DNA from: Mantamonas sphyraenae STR306
Taxonomy: Eukaryota; Protista; CRuMs
Length of the DNA: 64,000 bases
Assembly: GCA_026936335.1 (NCBI GenBank)
Contig: JAPMXV010000013.1
Coordinates: 183,156-247,155 of the forward strand
Reading direction: 5' to 3'
Part shown: in pieces, positions 52,853 through 63,540 of the stretch
Layout: each line of letters begins with the position of its first letter
How positions within the stretch are numbered: position 1 is the stretch's first letter
Translations under genes and position numbers: made by a program
The notes under the pieces: generated by a model
Seen by the model: the letters and a program-made list of their open reading frames with translations, nothing else
The model's database searches: none
What the model was told of the DNA's origin: nothing

Positions 52853-54754
52853 TCAGCCGTTTCGGCGAGGCATGCGCTGCTTGGCGCCGTAGGCAAAGCC
52901 CTTGCCGTCGACAAAACCTGTGGCGCCAGCACTGGGCGGCCCCATGGTCGGGGGCTGTGCAAAGTAGACGTAGGGGAGGAGAGAAGTGAGCGGGACGTTG
53001 GAGAGGAGGGATTCGCGCTTCTTGAGCGCGTTGCGGATGTGGTGGAGGAGCTTGGACTCGTGCTGGAGCATCTCCTCACGACTCATGTCGAGGAGGCCGT
53101 CGCGGCGGTCCTCCTGGAAGTGCATGCGGCGGATAAAGATGTGTTCCACCTGTTCGTCGCACTTGCGCAGCTCACGGGCGCCGTTTTCAAAAGGGCGAGT
53201 GGCCGTGATTGTGTTGAGGAGGCGTGCGCGCATCTTGTTGTTGCGATCGACCTGGCGCTTGAGGGCCTTTTGCAGGTAGCGGATACGGCAGGAGATTTCG
53301 TCGTCCTGACGTTCATCTGCAGCCAGGTGTGCCTCGGAGGTTGTTGTGGAGAGGGTGACGGAGTTGCCGCCGTGTCCGACTTGGCCGCTCTCGCCAAGGA
53401 GGCCAATGGCCTCGAGCTCCATGCGCATGCGCTCCTCGAGCGGAGCAGAGGCAATGCCAGCTGCGCGCTTGCCCTTGGAGGAGCCGCCGTAGAGGGCGGC
53501 GAGGTCGGAGTCTGTGTGGATGCCCTGGGCCTCGCTCCACTCCTCCTCTTCTTTGGTGAGGGTTTCCTGGTCGTCCTCGTCTTGGGTGGCGGTGTCGCGT
53601 TCGTCATCGCTGGGCTTTGCGTCGTCGTCGTCATCGTTGCCTTCTTCGTCAAGCTGGTCGTCCTGGCCGACGAGGACCTCGCGCGGGACGAGCTTGTCTT
53701 CGACCAGAGCGCTGAGGATGCGCTGGGTGAGGGTGTGCTGCTTGTGCTCACGTGCTACAGGCAGCTTGCTGACGTCTTCATCGAGTCCCTCGAGGACCAG
53801 GCCGTCAGCGCTGCCGCTCAGGACGCTGTCGTCGCCACCCATGCTCTCGACATCCATGGAGCGTTCGTCGCCGAGTTCGCTGCCGCCGCGTCCGCTGCGG
53901 CCACCCTTTTTGTAGCGCGCCTGGCGGCTGCTGGAGTAGGCAAGGTTGTCTTGCATGGCCCAGACCTTTGTGTAGTGTGTGCCGAGCTTGGGCATGTCAA
54001 AGACCTCGTCGTTGGGCTCGAGAGCACGGACCTCGAGGAGCTTCATGTGTTCCTCTGTGAGAGGGTCAAAGTACTGTTGCATGTCCTTCCAAAACGCAGC
54101 TGTGGGTTGGTCGTGCGGACGTTGAATGATGGCCAGAAACTCATCTGTGGTGAGACGTTCAGCGCGCTTCTTACGGCGCTTGCTCTGGCTGCCCGGAGAT
54201 GGAGGCTCGACGGGCTGGGAGACGACACTAAGGGCAGTCTCGATCTTGTGCTTGCTCTCTGCGTGTGCTCTGCTTGTGGCGGAGGAGTGGGAGCTGTGCC
54301 TGCTGCTGCTGCTGCTGCTGCTGCTACTGCTACTGCTGGCGGCACCTGCGCTTGATTGGGACGCGGCTGCGGCTTGTTGACGCTGCAGGCGTTGCAACTG
54401 TTGCAACTGCAGTTGCTGCTTCTGGGCCGAGGTCAATGGCTGGCCGCTGCGGTTCTGAAGGCCACCTGTGGAGATCTTGATCTTGAGGCCGGCTCCCGGA
54501 GCATTTGGGGCAGCGCCTGCGCCCATACGCTCGCTAGAAGACTGGCGAATAATAATACGTGGCATGTTGCCGTTGCCAGTTGTGTTGGCGGCCCCTTGGG
54601 CAGCCACAGACCCGGCAGGCGGGGGAGTTGTTCGACTGCGCCCCACGCTCTCCCCACTGTTGCTCATGGACCGCTTCAGCGTGTAGTCTGTTTCATAGAT
54701 GTCACTGTCCATGACCTCGGACCGCTTTCGCTTCCGCCCTCCCCTGGAGCTCAT
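52853..54754 (-). CDS. TADA3: Transcriptional adaptor 3 (Ada3/Ngg1; SAGA/ATAC HAT module)
   Basis: FWKDMQQYF, MPKLGTHYTKVWA, LTQRILSALVED, LEERMRMELEAIGLL, QDDEISCRIRYLQKAL. Confidence 0.87.
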   Translation of the reverse strand: MSSRGGRKRKRSEVMDSDIYETDYTLKRSMSNSGESVGRSRTTPPPAGSVAAQGAANTTGNGNMPRIIIRQSSSERMGAGAAPNAPGAGLKIKISTGGLQNRSGQPLTSAQKQQLQLQQLQRLQRQQAAAASQSSAGAASSSSSSSSSSSSRHSSHSSATSRAHAESKHKIETALSVVSQPVEPPSPGSQSKRRKKRAERLTTDEFLAIIQRPHDQPTAAFWKDMQQYFDPLTEEHMKLLEVRALEPNDEVFDMPKLGTHYTKVWAMQDNLAYSSSRQARYKKGGRSGRGGSELGDERSMDVESMGGDDSVLSGSADGLVLEGLDEDVSKLPVAREHKQHTLTQRILSALVEDKLVPREVLVGQDDQLDEEGNDDDDDAKPSDDERDTATQDEDDQETLTKEEEEWSEAQGIHTDSDLAALYGGSSKGKRAAGIASAPLEERMRMELEAIGLLGESGQVGHGGNSVTLSTTTSEAHLAADERQDDEISCRIRYLQKALKRQVDRNNKMRARLLNTITATRPFENGARELRKCDEQVEHIFIRRMHFQEDRRDGLLDMSREEMLQHESKLLHHIRNALKKRESLLSNVPLTSLLPYVYFAQPPTMGPPSAGATGFVDGKGFAYGAKQRMPRRNG

Positions 54755-55131
54755 TGTGCGGTGTCCGATCTGGGCGCGCGCACTTGTCGTGTCAGTTGAA
54801 ATGGGTGGCTGGACGGGCAGGACAAGGGTACGAGGGCCCGGGGAAGGAGCACTCATGGGTGGTTGGTGGCACGTGCGAGTGCAGAAAGGGCCAACTGGGA
54901 GTGCTGGGAGGCAAAGAGGGCCTGGCGATTTTGCGCGCGCATGTGGCCTTTCCTTCCGGCCGTGGTTTGCGGGGCCCTACGTGTGTGGGGAAAGTGTAGG
55001 ATGGGCGCAGAAGGCAGCACGGGCTAAGGGTAGGAGACACACACACTGGAGACATACCTGTGCCCAAGCCAAGTCGTGTTGGCGGTGCAGACGCAAAGTG
55101 GGAGGAAGGCGAGATGGAGCTGGGGGCGGCG

Positions 55132-58101
55132 TCAAAATTCTTCATCCAACATGCCCGAGTACGGGTTCTCGACAACCGGGTGGAGAAAGACACGTTCGCC
55201 AGTGACGACATCCTCGTACTTGTCCAGGAGCTGCTGCCAGGAGTGGAAAAACGCGCCGTGTTCGCCTTCAAGGCCATGGACAACCTGGCCTTGCCATGTG
55301 CGTGTTTTGCTGTCCACAAGCAAGTGCGCAGCATGGCCTCCGTCGTCGATGACGTATGAGATGACAAACTTGCCTGGTTGATTGTGGCTGAGGCGGATGA
55401 GGAAGCTGCCCGGCCCTTTGCCGCCATTGCGGAGCCGTTCGACAGCAAGGCCACGGCGCAAGTAGCCATGGAAGCAGTTGCGGTGCTGCTGGTGGAAGCG
55501 CCAGGCAGCCTCGAAGCAGCGCACGCTGCCGTTGGTGCCGGTGAAGGGGCCAAAGAGCTCGAGGAACGTTTTGAAGGAGGAGACGCTGACCTGGCCGTCG
55601 TTCTCGACGAGAAAGTCACGGATGCCACGGAGTTGAGCCGGGGTCACGACGGTGCGACCTCGGACGGCGGCGGTGAACTCTTCCCAGGGGACGACGAGCT
55701 GGTGGCCGAGAGCGTCGATCCAGAACTGGCGGGCCAGATCATCCTCAATGTTAATGTCTGGCAGCTCCTCGGGCGGGGCCATGAGTTCGTCCTTGATCTC
55801 ATCGACAAGGACTGCGAGGGAGTCGAGGGTTTCGCCCTGGCCAAAGGCGAGGGCGAGCTGTGTGAGGACACCCGGATTGCCGACGGCGCGTCGGATGAGC
55901 TTGTGCTTGGCGAGGATCTGCCAGGACTTGAGCGGCCCTGTGTCTGCGCTTGCAAGGTTTGTGGAGGCAGCAAACGCGTGGAGCTCGAGGCGTAGCCTGC
56001 GGAAGGCCTTGCGATTGTAGCGGGCGTTCATGTGCTTGACGAATACGCGTGCGCTGTCGACGAGAGTGAGGGGTTCGAGCTCGACGGCGTTGGGTTTGTG
56101 CATGCCTATGGAGGCGCTGACAAAGTTGCTTGCGGTGATGACGAGCTGGAGGCCTTGGACGTTGGTTAGGAGTTTGAGGAAGCGGTAGAATTCTGTGTTG
56201 GCACTGTACACGCTGACCATGTTTTCCTGGACGCTGTCTGCGGCAGAGAGGACGCTATCTGTGGAGGAGGCAGTGCCCAGTCGAGCAGCGCCGGACGGGG
56301 CGACCTGGACAACGAGGCTGGAGGTGGAGGACACGGAACTTGTGCTGGAGGAGCCCGAGGAGGCTGAGGAGCCGGAACCGGGAGCAGTGCGACGCATTTG
56401 CTTGTACTTGCCAATGAGGGCGTCACAATTGTCGAGGACAAGGAGCATGCGGGCACTCTGGGAGGAGCTATGGACGCAGGCGCCGAACGAATCTCCGCGC
56501 AGGGCGTGTTGGATGTCCTTCCATGCACTCTGGTCTGTGTCGAGGCCAAGGAGAGTGGCGAGGGCGAGGCGCACGTCGCGTACGCTGGCGTATTCGCTGA
56601 CATCGAGCCAGAACGCGCCGCGCTCAAAGTAGCGGCGGTCGTTCATGTAGTGGGCAACCATCATGGAGATGGTGGACTTGCCGATGCCGCGGGGACCGTG
56701 AATGTACAGGGGTTGGTTGACGCCGCTGAGCTGGGAGGAGACGAGGAGGGAGATGAGGTTGTAGAGCTCTCTGGTGCGGCCTTCAAAAAGCGGCGGCAAG
56801 GCAGCAAGGTGGCGAGAGCACACGGGATCGCGCTCAACAAAGGTGGTGAGGTCATTGGGGGTCGCTGCAGGCAAAAGGACGACGTCGTGGTCTGCATCGA
56901 GGGGCAGGAGGGCAAAGCTGTTTGCGACGTCTTGGGGCGACGGGAGCTGCTGTGATGGGGTCTGCTTGCTGAGATTGGTGCGTGCGACCTCAAAGGCTTG
57001 GCGGACAGTGTTCTGGTGGGACAGGGAGCGGTAAAACTGGTCTGAGAAGAGGCGTGCGGCGAGATCGGGAATGCGGTTCTGATCTGCGCAAACGACGTGT
57101 GCGACGCCCACGTCGGCAAACATTTCGCCAATGGCCCTGGAGTAGCAGGAGGCGACAAATACAAGTTGGACACGGCAGGTGGCGGTCTGCATGAGGGCGC
57201 TGAGGTCGTCGCTGCTGACGACCTTTCCTGCACCGACGTCTTCAAAGAGAAGAGAGCCCGGAAGGCCATGGCCAGTAAAGTGGAGGATGCGACACTCGTC
57301 TGTGATGAGGTGGCCAAGGTTGCTGACTGTTGCGTTGCTCTGCTTGACGGAGATGGGGATGCCGCTGCTTTCCAGGGAGGCAAAGAGGGCACGCATGTCC
57401 GCCTTGACGTCAAGAGGAGGGAGGGACATAAAGACAGTTGTGCCGTCGGCGACTTCGTTGATGGGGCTGGGGGCTACTGAGGAGGCAGAGTCTGCAGAGG
57501 CGACGCGAGGGTCAGCACCAAAGTATTGGGCGGTCTCTTGCTCGTTGAAGAGGACCAGGGGCGCACTGTACAGGTAGCCAAAGAGGGGAGGTTTCTGCGC
57601 CTGGCTGTAGAGGCTGGAGGAGGAGGCGGCGGGAGCAATGGAGGCGGAGGAGGAGGAGGAGGAGGAGTTGTTGGCGTCGAAGCGGGTGCCGTCAAGGGAG
57701 AAGCCCTCGCCAAAGGCGTCGATGGCAAAGGTGCCACTGGGGGTGCGAGGCATGATGCGGGGTGAGACGACAAGCTGGGAGGCGCGCAGAGTGGGCTGGG
57801 TGTTGCCGTGGAGCTCTTCGGTTTCGGCTGCGATTTCGCGAGCATGTCCTTCGTCTTCGGAGGGGTCCTGGTCGTCGTGACCGTTTGTTTGGAGCTCGAG
57901 GTTAAGCTGAAGGGCTTCGCGCATGTGTTTGCTAGGCCTGCGAGTTTCATCGGAGAGGATGCGAGGGGAGTGCATACGAGGCCAGCTTCGGGACCACTGG
58001 ATCACCCTCTGCCGCTTGTCAGAGGCACCCGCCTGTTGTCGGGCAAGTTCGTGGTCGAGAGCACTGTCATGGTCGTCCCCGTCGCGATCCCGCTTGCTCA
58101 T
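55132..58101 (-). CDS. CHAT caspase-like protease - STAND (NB-ARC-like) ATPase - EF-hand/SH2 protein (989 aa)
   Basis: CHAT: ILHFTGHG and LVFVASCYS. STAND: FEGRTREL, Walker A GPRGIGKS, Walker B LLVLDNCD, LVITAS, LEPL, GNP. EF-hand-like ARQFW..VPWEEF..FGPF. SH2: FHGYL..GSFLIRLS..FVISYV. Confidence 0.88.
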   Translation of the reverse strand: MSKRDRDGDDHDSALDHELARQQAGASDKRQRVIQWSRSWPRMHSPRILSDETRRPSKHMREALQLNLELQTNGHDDQDPSEDEGHAREIAAETEELHGNTQPTLRASQLVVSPRIMPRTPSGTFAIDAFGEGFSLDGTRFDANNSSSSSSSASIAPAASSSSLYSQAQKPPLFGYLYSAPLVLFNEQETAQYFGADPRVASADSASSVAPSPINEVADGTTVFMSLPPLDVKADMRALFASLESSGIPISVKQSNATVSNLGHLITDECRILHFTGHGLPGSLLFEDVGAGKVVSSDDLSALMQTATCRVQLVFVASCYSRAIGEMFADVGVAHVVCADQNRIPDLAARLFSDQFYRSLSHQNTVRQAFEVARTNLSKQTPSQQLPSPQDVANSFALLPLDADHDVVLLPAATPNDLTTFVERDPVCSRHLAALPPLFEGRTRELYNLISLLVSSQLSGVNQPLYIHGPRGIGKSTISMMVAHYMNDRRYFERGAFWLDVSEYASVRDVRLALATLLGLDTDQSAWKDIQHALRGDSFGACVHSSSQSARMLLVLDNCDALIGKYKQMRRTAPGSGSSASSGSSSTSSVSSTSSLVVQVAPSGAARLGTASSTDSVLSAADSVQENMVSVYSANTEFYRFLKLLTNVQGLQLVITASNFVSASIGMHKPNAVELEPLTLVDSARVFVKHMNARYNRKAFRRLRLELHAFAASTNLASADTGPLKSWQILAKHKLIRRAVGNPGVLTQLALAFGQGETLDSLAVLVDEIKDELMAPPEELPDINIEDDLARQFWIDALGHQLVVPWEEFTAAVRGRTVVTPAQLRGIRDFLVENDGQVSVSSFKTFLELFGPFTGTNGSVRCFEAAWRFHQQHRNCFHGYLRRGLAVERLRNGGKGPGSFLIRLSHNQPGKFVISYVIDDGGHAAHLLVDSKTRTWQGQVVHGLEGEHGAFFHSWQQLLDKYEDVVTGERVFLHPVVENPYSGMLDEEF

Positions 58102-58152
58102 GTTGGGGGAGGAGCGCGTGGGAGATGTGTGCGATGGCGCAGGGAAGGAAAC

Positions 58153-61042
58153 ATGGACGAGGAGGACGAGTTGCAGGCGTGGGTTGTTGAGATGGAAACG
58201 GTGCTGGGTGGGGCCAACGGGCCTGTGTGCTGACACGAGTGCTTGATGCGTGTGTAGACTGCTGGCACAGATTGACGCAGAGGCGTTGGAGGAGCAGAGA
58301 AGCAATGGGAAGCGTGTGCTGGAGCAACATCAGATGGCGTTGGGGCAGCAAGCAAGCAAGCGGCAGCGTGTGGAGTCGCCAGCGTCACAGGAGTCGTCCA
58401 CGTCAGCAGCAAGGACGCCTACGCCGACTCCTGAGCGAGCACAGCCGTTGACGACGCGGCAGGTGAGAATAGTGGACTCGGAGGACGGAGAGACGACGGT
58501 GGAGGCGTTGACGGTCGAGCGGCCTGTGCGTGTGCAGAGACGACGGCCAAAGGCCAAGCGGTCGAGGGCTAGAGCGAGGGCAGAGGTGGGGGTGGGGGTG
58601 GGGCAGGGCGAGAGCTCGTCGTCGTCGGGGTATGAGCGGGCAAACGTGTATCCGAAGCTGGACATTCCCGAGAATCCGGAGGAACAGTACCCGCTGGTGT
58701 TGGACGCGGAAGCAGGGGTGATGGTGCCGGCAGGCGTGAACCAATACCTGAGAGACTACCAGAGAGACGGCATTACGTGGCTGTACGACCGGTTCTCACG
58801 GTCGACAGGGGCGATTTTGGGCGACGACATGGGCCTGGGCAAAACGGTTCAGATTGTGGCGCTGTTGATGGCGGTGCTGGGGCGGGACTGCTCGTCGGAC
58901 GGAGGCACGTCGGCACGCTACGATGAACCGTTGCCGCCCGTACTGATTATAGCACCCAAGTCGCTGTTGTACAACTGGAGGCGGGAGTTGACAACGTGGG
59001 GCTTCTTTTCGACGCTGATCTACCACGGAACTGGACGAGCAGCAGACTTGGAGTCGTCGGCACACTATGACGTAGTGATCACGACGTATGGGACGGCAGC
59101 AAACGACCACGAGTTTCTGCTCCGGCAGCCGTGGCTGTGTGCGATTCTGGACGAGTGCCAGGAGATACGGAACCACGAGTCACAGCGGCATGTGGCGCTG
59201 TTCAAGATGTTGCAACACACGCCGGTGCGGATTGGGCTGACGGGAACACCGATGATGAACAACTACAACGAGCTGTGGGCACTGTTCAACTTTTTCGTTC
59301 CCGGGTCGCTGGGCGCACTGAACCACTACATTGCAAGCGTGGCGCAGGTGCTGCGGATGGGCCAGAGTGCACACGCAAACGAACGTCAGGTGGCGGAAGC
59401 GACGGTGGTGCAGAACAAACACGCGGTAACGCTTGCGCGGCACATGCTGCGCCGCGAGAAGAGTCTCATTGCCCACCAGCTGCCAAAGAAGCAGGACATT
59501 GTGTTGTTCTGCCCCATGAGCCAGCTGCAGGCCAAGGTGTACTCGAATCTGGTGAGCGACTCGGGCAAGGAGATGTACTTGTCGCACGAAAGGACGTCGG
59601 GTTTGTCATACATGTTCAGCGTGATGGCGGTGCTACAGAAAGCGGCCAACCATCTGCGCATGATCTTGCCAAAGACGACGAGCGATCACCTGTCGCGTGA
59701 AATCGAAGAGTTGTGGAGCAGCATCGGATTGGGCCCAAACTGGGAGCGATGGGCACAGCAGACGAGCGGGTTCGACGCAGTGACGAACTGGAAGTACTGC
59801 GGCAAGCTGCGCATCCTGCAAACGATGATTCCGCTGTGGCGGGAGCGGGGAGACAAGGTGCTGCTGTTTTCGCGGTCGCGGCGGATGCTGGACATCATGG
59901 CCAAGTTTCTGACGGCACAGAACGAGTTTGACTTTCTGCAACTGGACGGGAGGACGTCGATGCAGGCGCGGCAAGGGATGGTGGACGAGTTTAACAGCAA
60001 CGAGCAGAAGAGGATCTTTTTGATCTCGACGCTGGCAGGCGGGGTGGGGCTGAATTTGACGGCAGCCAACGTGGTGGTGATCATGGATCCGCACTGGAAC
60101 CCTGCGCTGGATTTGCAGGCGCAGGACAGGAGCTTCAGGATTGGGCAGAGCCGGGACGTGACTGTGTTTCGGCTGCTGAGCGCAGGGAGCATCGAGGAGA
60201 TGATGTACATGCGTCAGGTGTACAAACAGCAGCAGAACAACGTGGCAGTGCGCAACATGATCCAGGAGCGATACTTTTCCGGGGTGCAGGACACGGAAGA
60301 GAAGGGCGAGTTGTTTGGGATTGACAACTTGATCCAGACGATGCAGTCGAAGCTGCTGATGTACAGGCTGATTGAAACATCCAAAGGCAAAGACGAGATT
60401 GCACAGCACACGAGGATGAGCCGTGACTTGCTGATGTACGACCAGGAGGAGGATTGGGAGGGAGACGAGGAGGGCGGGGCGTTGGAAGGGCTGATTGGGG
60501 GCGGGGACTACGCAGACGCTCTGCCAATGGTGGAGGGATACGGGATGGGGACGCAGGTGGATCGGAAAAGGGAGAGGGGGTCTTTGAGCAGGAGTGCAAT
60601 GAGGAGAACGGGTGGGAGCGGGCCAGTACAACTGGAGCCGAACGATGATGCATTGCCAGACATTGTGGCGGAGCTGCAGCAAAAGTGCGGAGTGCCGTAT
60701 GCGCACTTGTTTGCAGAGGTGACGCAGCAGACGCATGCAGAGACGGAGTTTCGGGACAAGCTGCTTGAGGGGTCGTTGCCAGAGCACATGCGGACGGGGG
60801 TGACGCGAGTGAAGGAGAAGCAACAGCAGCAACAGGTGAGGCAGAGGGATATTTTGGGCAAGACATACGCGGAGAGGAAGACAGTGGTGTTGTGTCAGCA
60901 GTTTCGGGAGATGGCGGCGATGGTGGAGATGGAGGAGGCGGAGTTTGCGAGGTGGATTCTGAGCGACGACGTGCCGGTGACGGAGAAACAGGGTGTGTTG
61001 GATCGGTTTGCGCATAGCATGATGATGGGGAGGGGTGGGTGA
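58153..61042 (+). CDS. ERCC6L2: SNF2-family helicase ERCC6L2/Rad26-like, 2 exons
   Basis: Exon 58153-58178 (MDEEDELQA), intron 58179-58257. LRDYQRDG, ILGDDMGLGKTVQ, DECQ, LTGTP, WNPALDLQAQDRSFRIGQ, RQVYKQQ, RYFSGVQ..GELFGIDNL. Confidence 0.88.
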
Positions 61043-61076
61043 GGAGGGAGGGGGAGGGGTAGAATGAATGGGTGGT

Positions 61077-63540
61077 TCATTCGAGGCGTTGGCGTTTGGA
61101 GGAGGAGGAGGAGGAGGAGGAGGTAGAGGAGGAGAGGTCTTTGCGCTTGGGCAGGGTGAAGGAGGGGATGGGGTAGGCGTTGACTAGTGCGGAGGTGGTG
61201 GGGCGGGTGGTGATGTGGGGTGTGATGCGGTCGATGAGGGTGTGGAGGAGGGTGTGCAGTGTGGCGTCGCTGGGTTTGGGTTTGTCGAGCCAGGCGATCT
61301 TGAGGGAGACGGAGGTGACGCCGCGGGTGAGGGTGGCGCTGCTGGCATCCATTACCTGCTTGTAGGTAAGGTTTGGCCTGAGGAGGCGGACAAAGAAGGC
61401 CAGGTCAACAGGCGGCACGCCAACGTTGCCCAGAGCCAGGATGATGTGTCGCAGCAGGGACCGCAGGTCGCCGTTGTTGATCAGCTCACGCAGTGCTTGG
61501 TGCTCGTTTGTGTGCTCATGTCGAGGGTGCTTGGCTGCGCGTGCCTTCATGTGTGCCAGCAGCGTCTGGAACTCCCGCTCAGTGCAGCTGCCACGCTTGT
61601 CGCCGGGGGTGGCACTGCTCCAGCCTCTGCGCACAGACACAGGATGCCACTTGTCCACCTTGGTGGTGGTGAGATGGTGGTCGTAGTCGCATTGTGTCCA
61701 GTGTGGGTCGCTGTCGTTGTCAGCTGGGCGTCGTGCTTTGTGCAGCCACAGCTGGGTCTGCTTGTGCTCCTTCCAGGTGGTGGGATGGGGCCTGTTGCCG
61801 AGAGTGTCCATCTGTGTCATGATGAGGTGGAGGAGGGCGTAGTTGGGGTCACCGTGGTCGTGTGGCTCCTCCAGCCAGCACACCTTCAACCCAGTCTTTG
61901 TCACACCCATGGCCAGACCTGCGTGGAGGATGGCACTGATGCACGCCTGTTGATCCATTTCACGGCCGAGAAGGGAGAGGCAGAGGGCCATGTCCCCCTG
62001 GGAGAGGGTGATGGTGCCCAGAGCGAGCTGAATCTGTCGGACCAGCGTGGTCGTGGTGCCATGGCAGACCACAACACGCGCCTGCAGTGTCATGAGGTCA
62101 GGGATGTCATCGATGGGATGCTCGTTGGCCAGGGTGTGCATGTGGTTCAGCAGTGCCGTGTGCTCCTTTTTGTTGCTGTGGCTGCGCTCTTCACTGCGCC
62201 AGTCCCGCGACCACCCTTTACGCACAACGCCATCTGGCAACTTGTTCGTCTTGTTCACGCCTGCGTTCTTAAGTGCGCCGTTGTCTCCGTTCTTGGCCCT
62301 CCTTGCCCGTGTGCTCGACGTTCCTGTCTCGGTGCCACTGCCAGCCGTGACCCTGAGCCTGCGCTGTCCGCTGACTTTAATCTTTTGTGGACCGGTGCGT
62401 CGGCTGGTGTGGCACCTGCGTCGTCGTGTGTGGCCTCTGCTTGTGCGTCTCGGCTGCCATTCGTCCGCGTCCTCCTGCTCCAAGTCGTCTTCGTCGTCGT
62501 CGCTGTCGTCTTGCGGTATGTACTCCTCATCCATGGCATCACCAGTGTCTGCAAAGCTGAAAGTACCCTGCATTGCCATCCCGTCATCCACATGCTGCTG
62601 GGTTGCGTCGAGTGCCTCGCCTTCTTCATCATACGCCTCCATTCCTGAGCTGGTTATCCACTCTGAGTTGCTGGAGATTGACCGTGGTACACGGTGGCCA
62701 AAGTTCAGGAACATCAGGTCCTCCACGTCTCCAGTGTCATGTGTGTGTGTGTCTTGGTCTGCGTCGTCGTCGTCGCTGTCTCCAGTCTGCCGTGTGGCCT
62801 GGTGGGAGGAGGACGACGATGTGGTGGTGGATGTGGTCTGTGTGATGCCCACAAAGGCAGGGCTGATGCGTTTGCGGACGCGGTTGTGGTTTGTGGTGGG
62901 TTGAGCAGGCGGACGGTGCGACGGAGGCTGAGCGAAGTGCATCTGGGCGGTTTGTCGCGGCTGAGGAGGCGGCGGAGGAGGATAGGCGTAGTATGGGTGG
63001 CCCTGATGGGCGTATGCATGATGCTGCTGGGAATGGGTGTTGACAGGGATCCAGATGATGGGTGGTTGTGGGTGCTGGTACGGGTTTTGTACGCCAGAAA
63101 CGGGCAGCATGTTCGGAAACGGCTGGGCAGCCATGGGAGGGACCATGTACCCGTAGCTGTGTGGGAGACGCGGAGGGGCAAGGAGGGATGGGAACGGTGA
63201 GCGGAAAGCGGAATGGACGCCGTCAGGGCAGAAGCGGGGGTGAAGGGAGGCTGGAACGAGCAAAGAGGGAAAACGAAGGAGATTGGCAGACGGAGAAACT
63301 GGCAACGGGGAGGGCAGTAACAGGGGAGAGGGGATCGGAGAACAGCGGAGAAGGCAGCAGCGGTGGTGAAGTGGAAGTGGAGATGCAGGAGAGGAGTGCA
63401 GTGAAGCGACGGAGGCATGCAGGAGGCAAGGGAGCGGGAGAAGCTGGGCAGTCAAAAAACGGAGTGGAAGGCAGAACGCACGCTGGGTAGGTGTTGGGTG
63501 TGTGTTGTTGCTTCGGAGTGTATGAGCAGTCTTCGTCCAT
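61077..63540 (-). CDS. Telomere-adjacent hypothetical protein with P/Q/H-rich N-terminus and a tandemly duplicated unknown domain of about 140 aa, 2 exons
   Basis: Exon 63540-63482 (MDEDCSY..), intron GTGCGT..CACAG (63481-63157), exon 63156-61077 in frame. Two copies of VRxGWS..LLxHM..LxRxIxLALG..GVTxxxLKxxWL. Confidence 0.7.

Noticed and set aside
59150-59162. DECQ instead of DEAH in ERCC6L2 motif II as inactivation
   Set aside because: Catalytic DE is retained, DExQ occurs in active SNF2 ATPases, and the other motifs are intact.
3331-61015. Many long antisense or alternative-frame ORFs (e.g. 3924..5429, 11390..12805, 34408..36033, 43376..45202, 52823..54355, 59633..61015)
   Set aside because: These are expected shadows of GC-rich coding sequence. 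They have no recognisable motifs and overlap well-supported genes.
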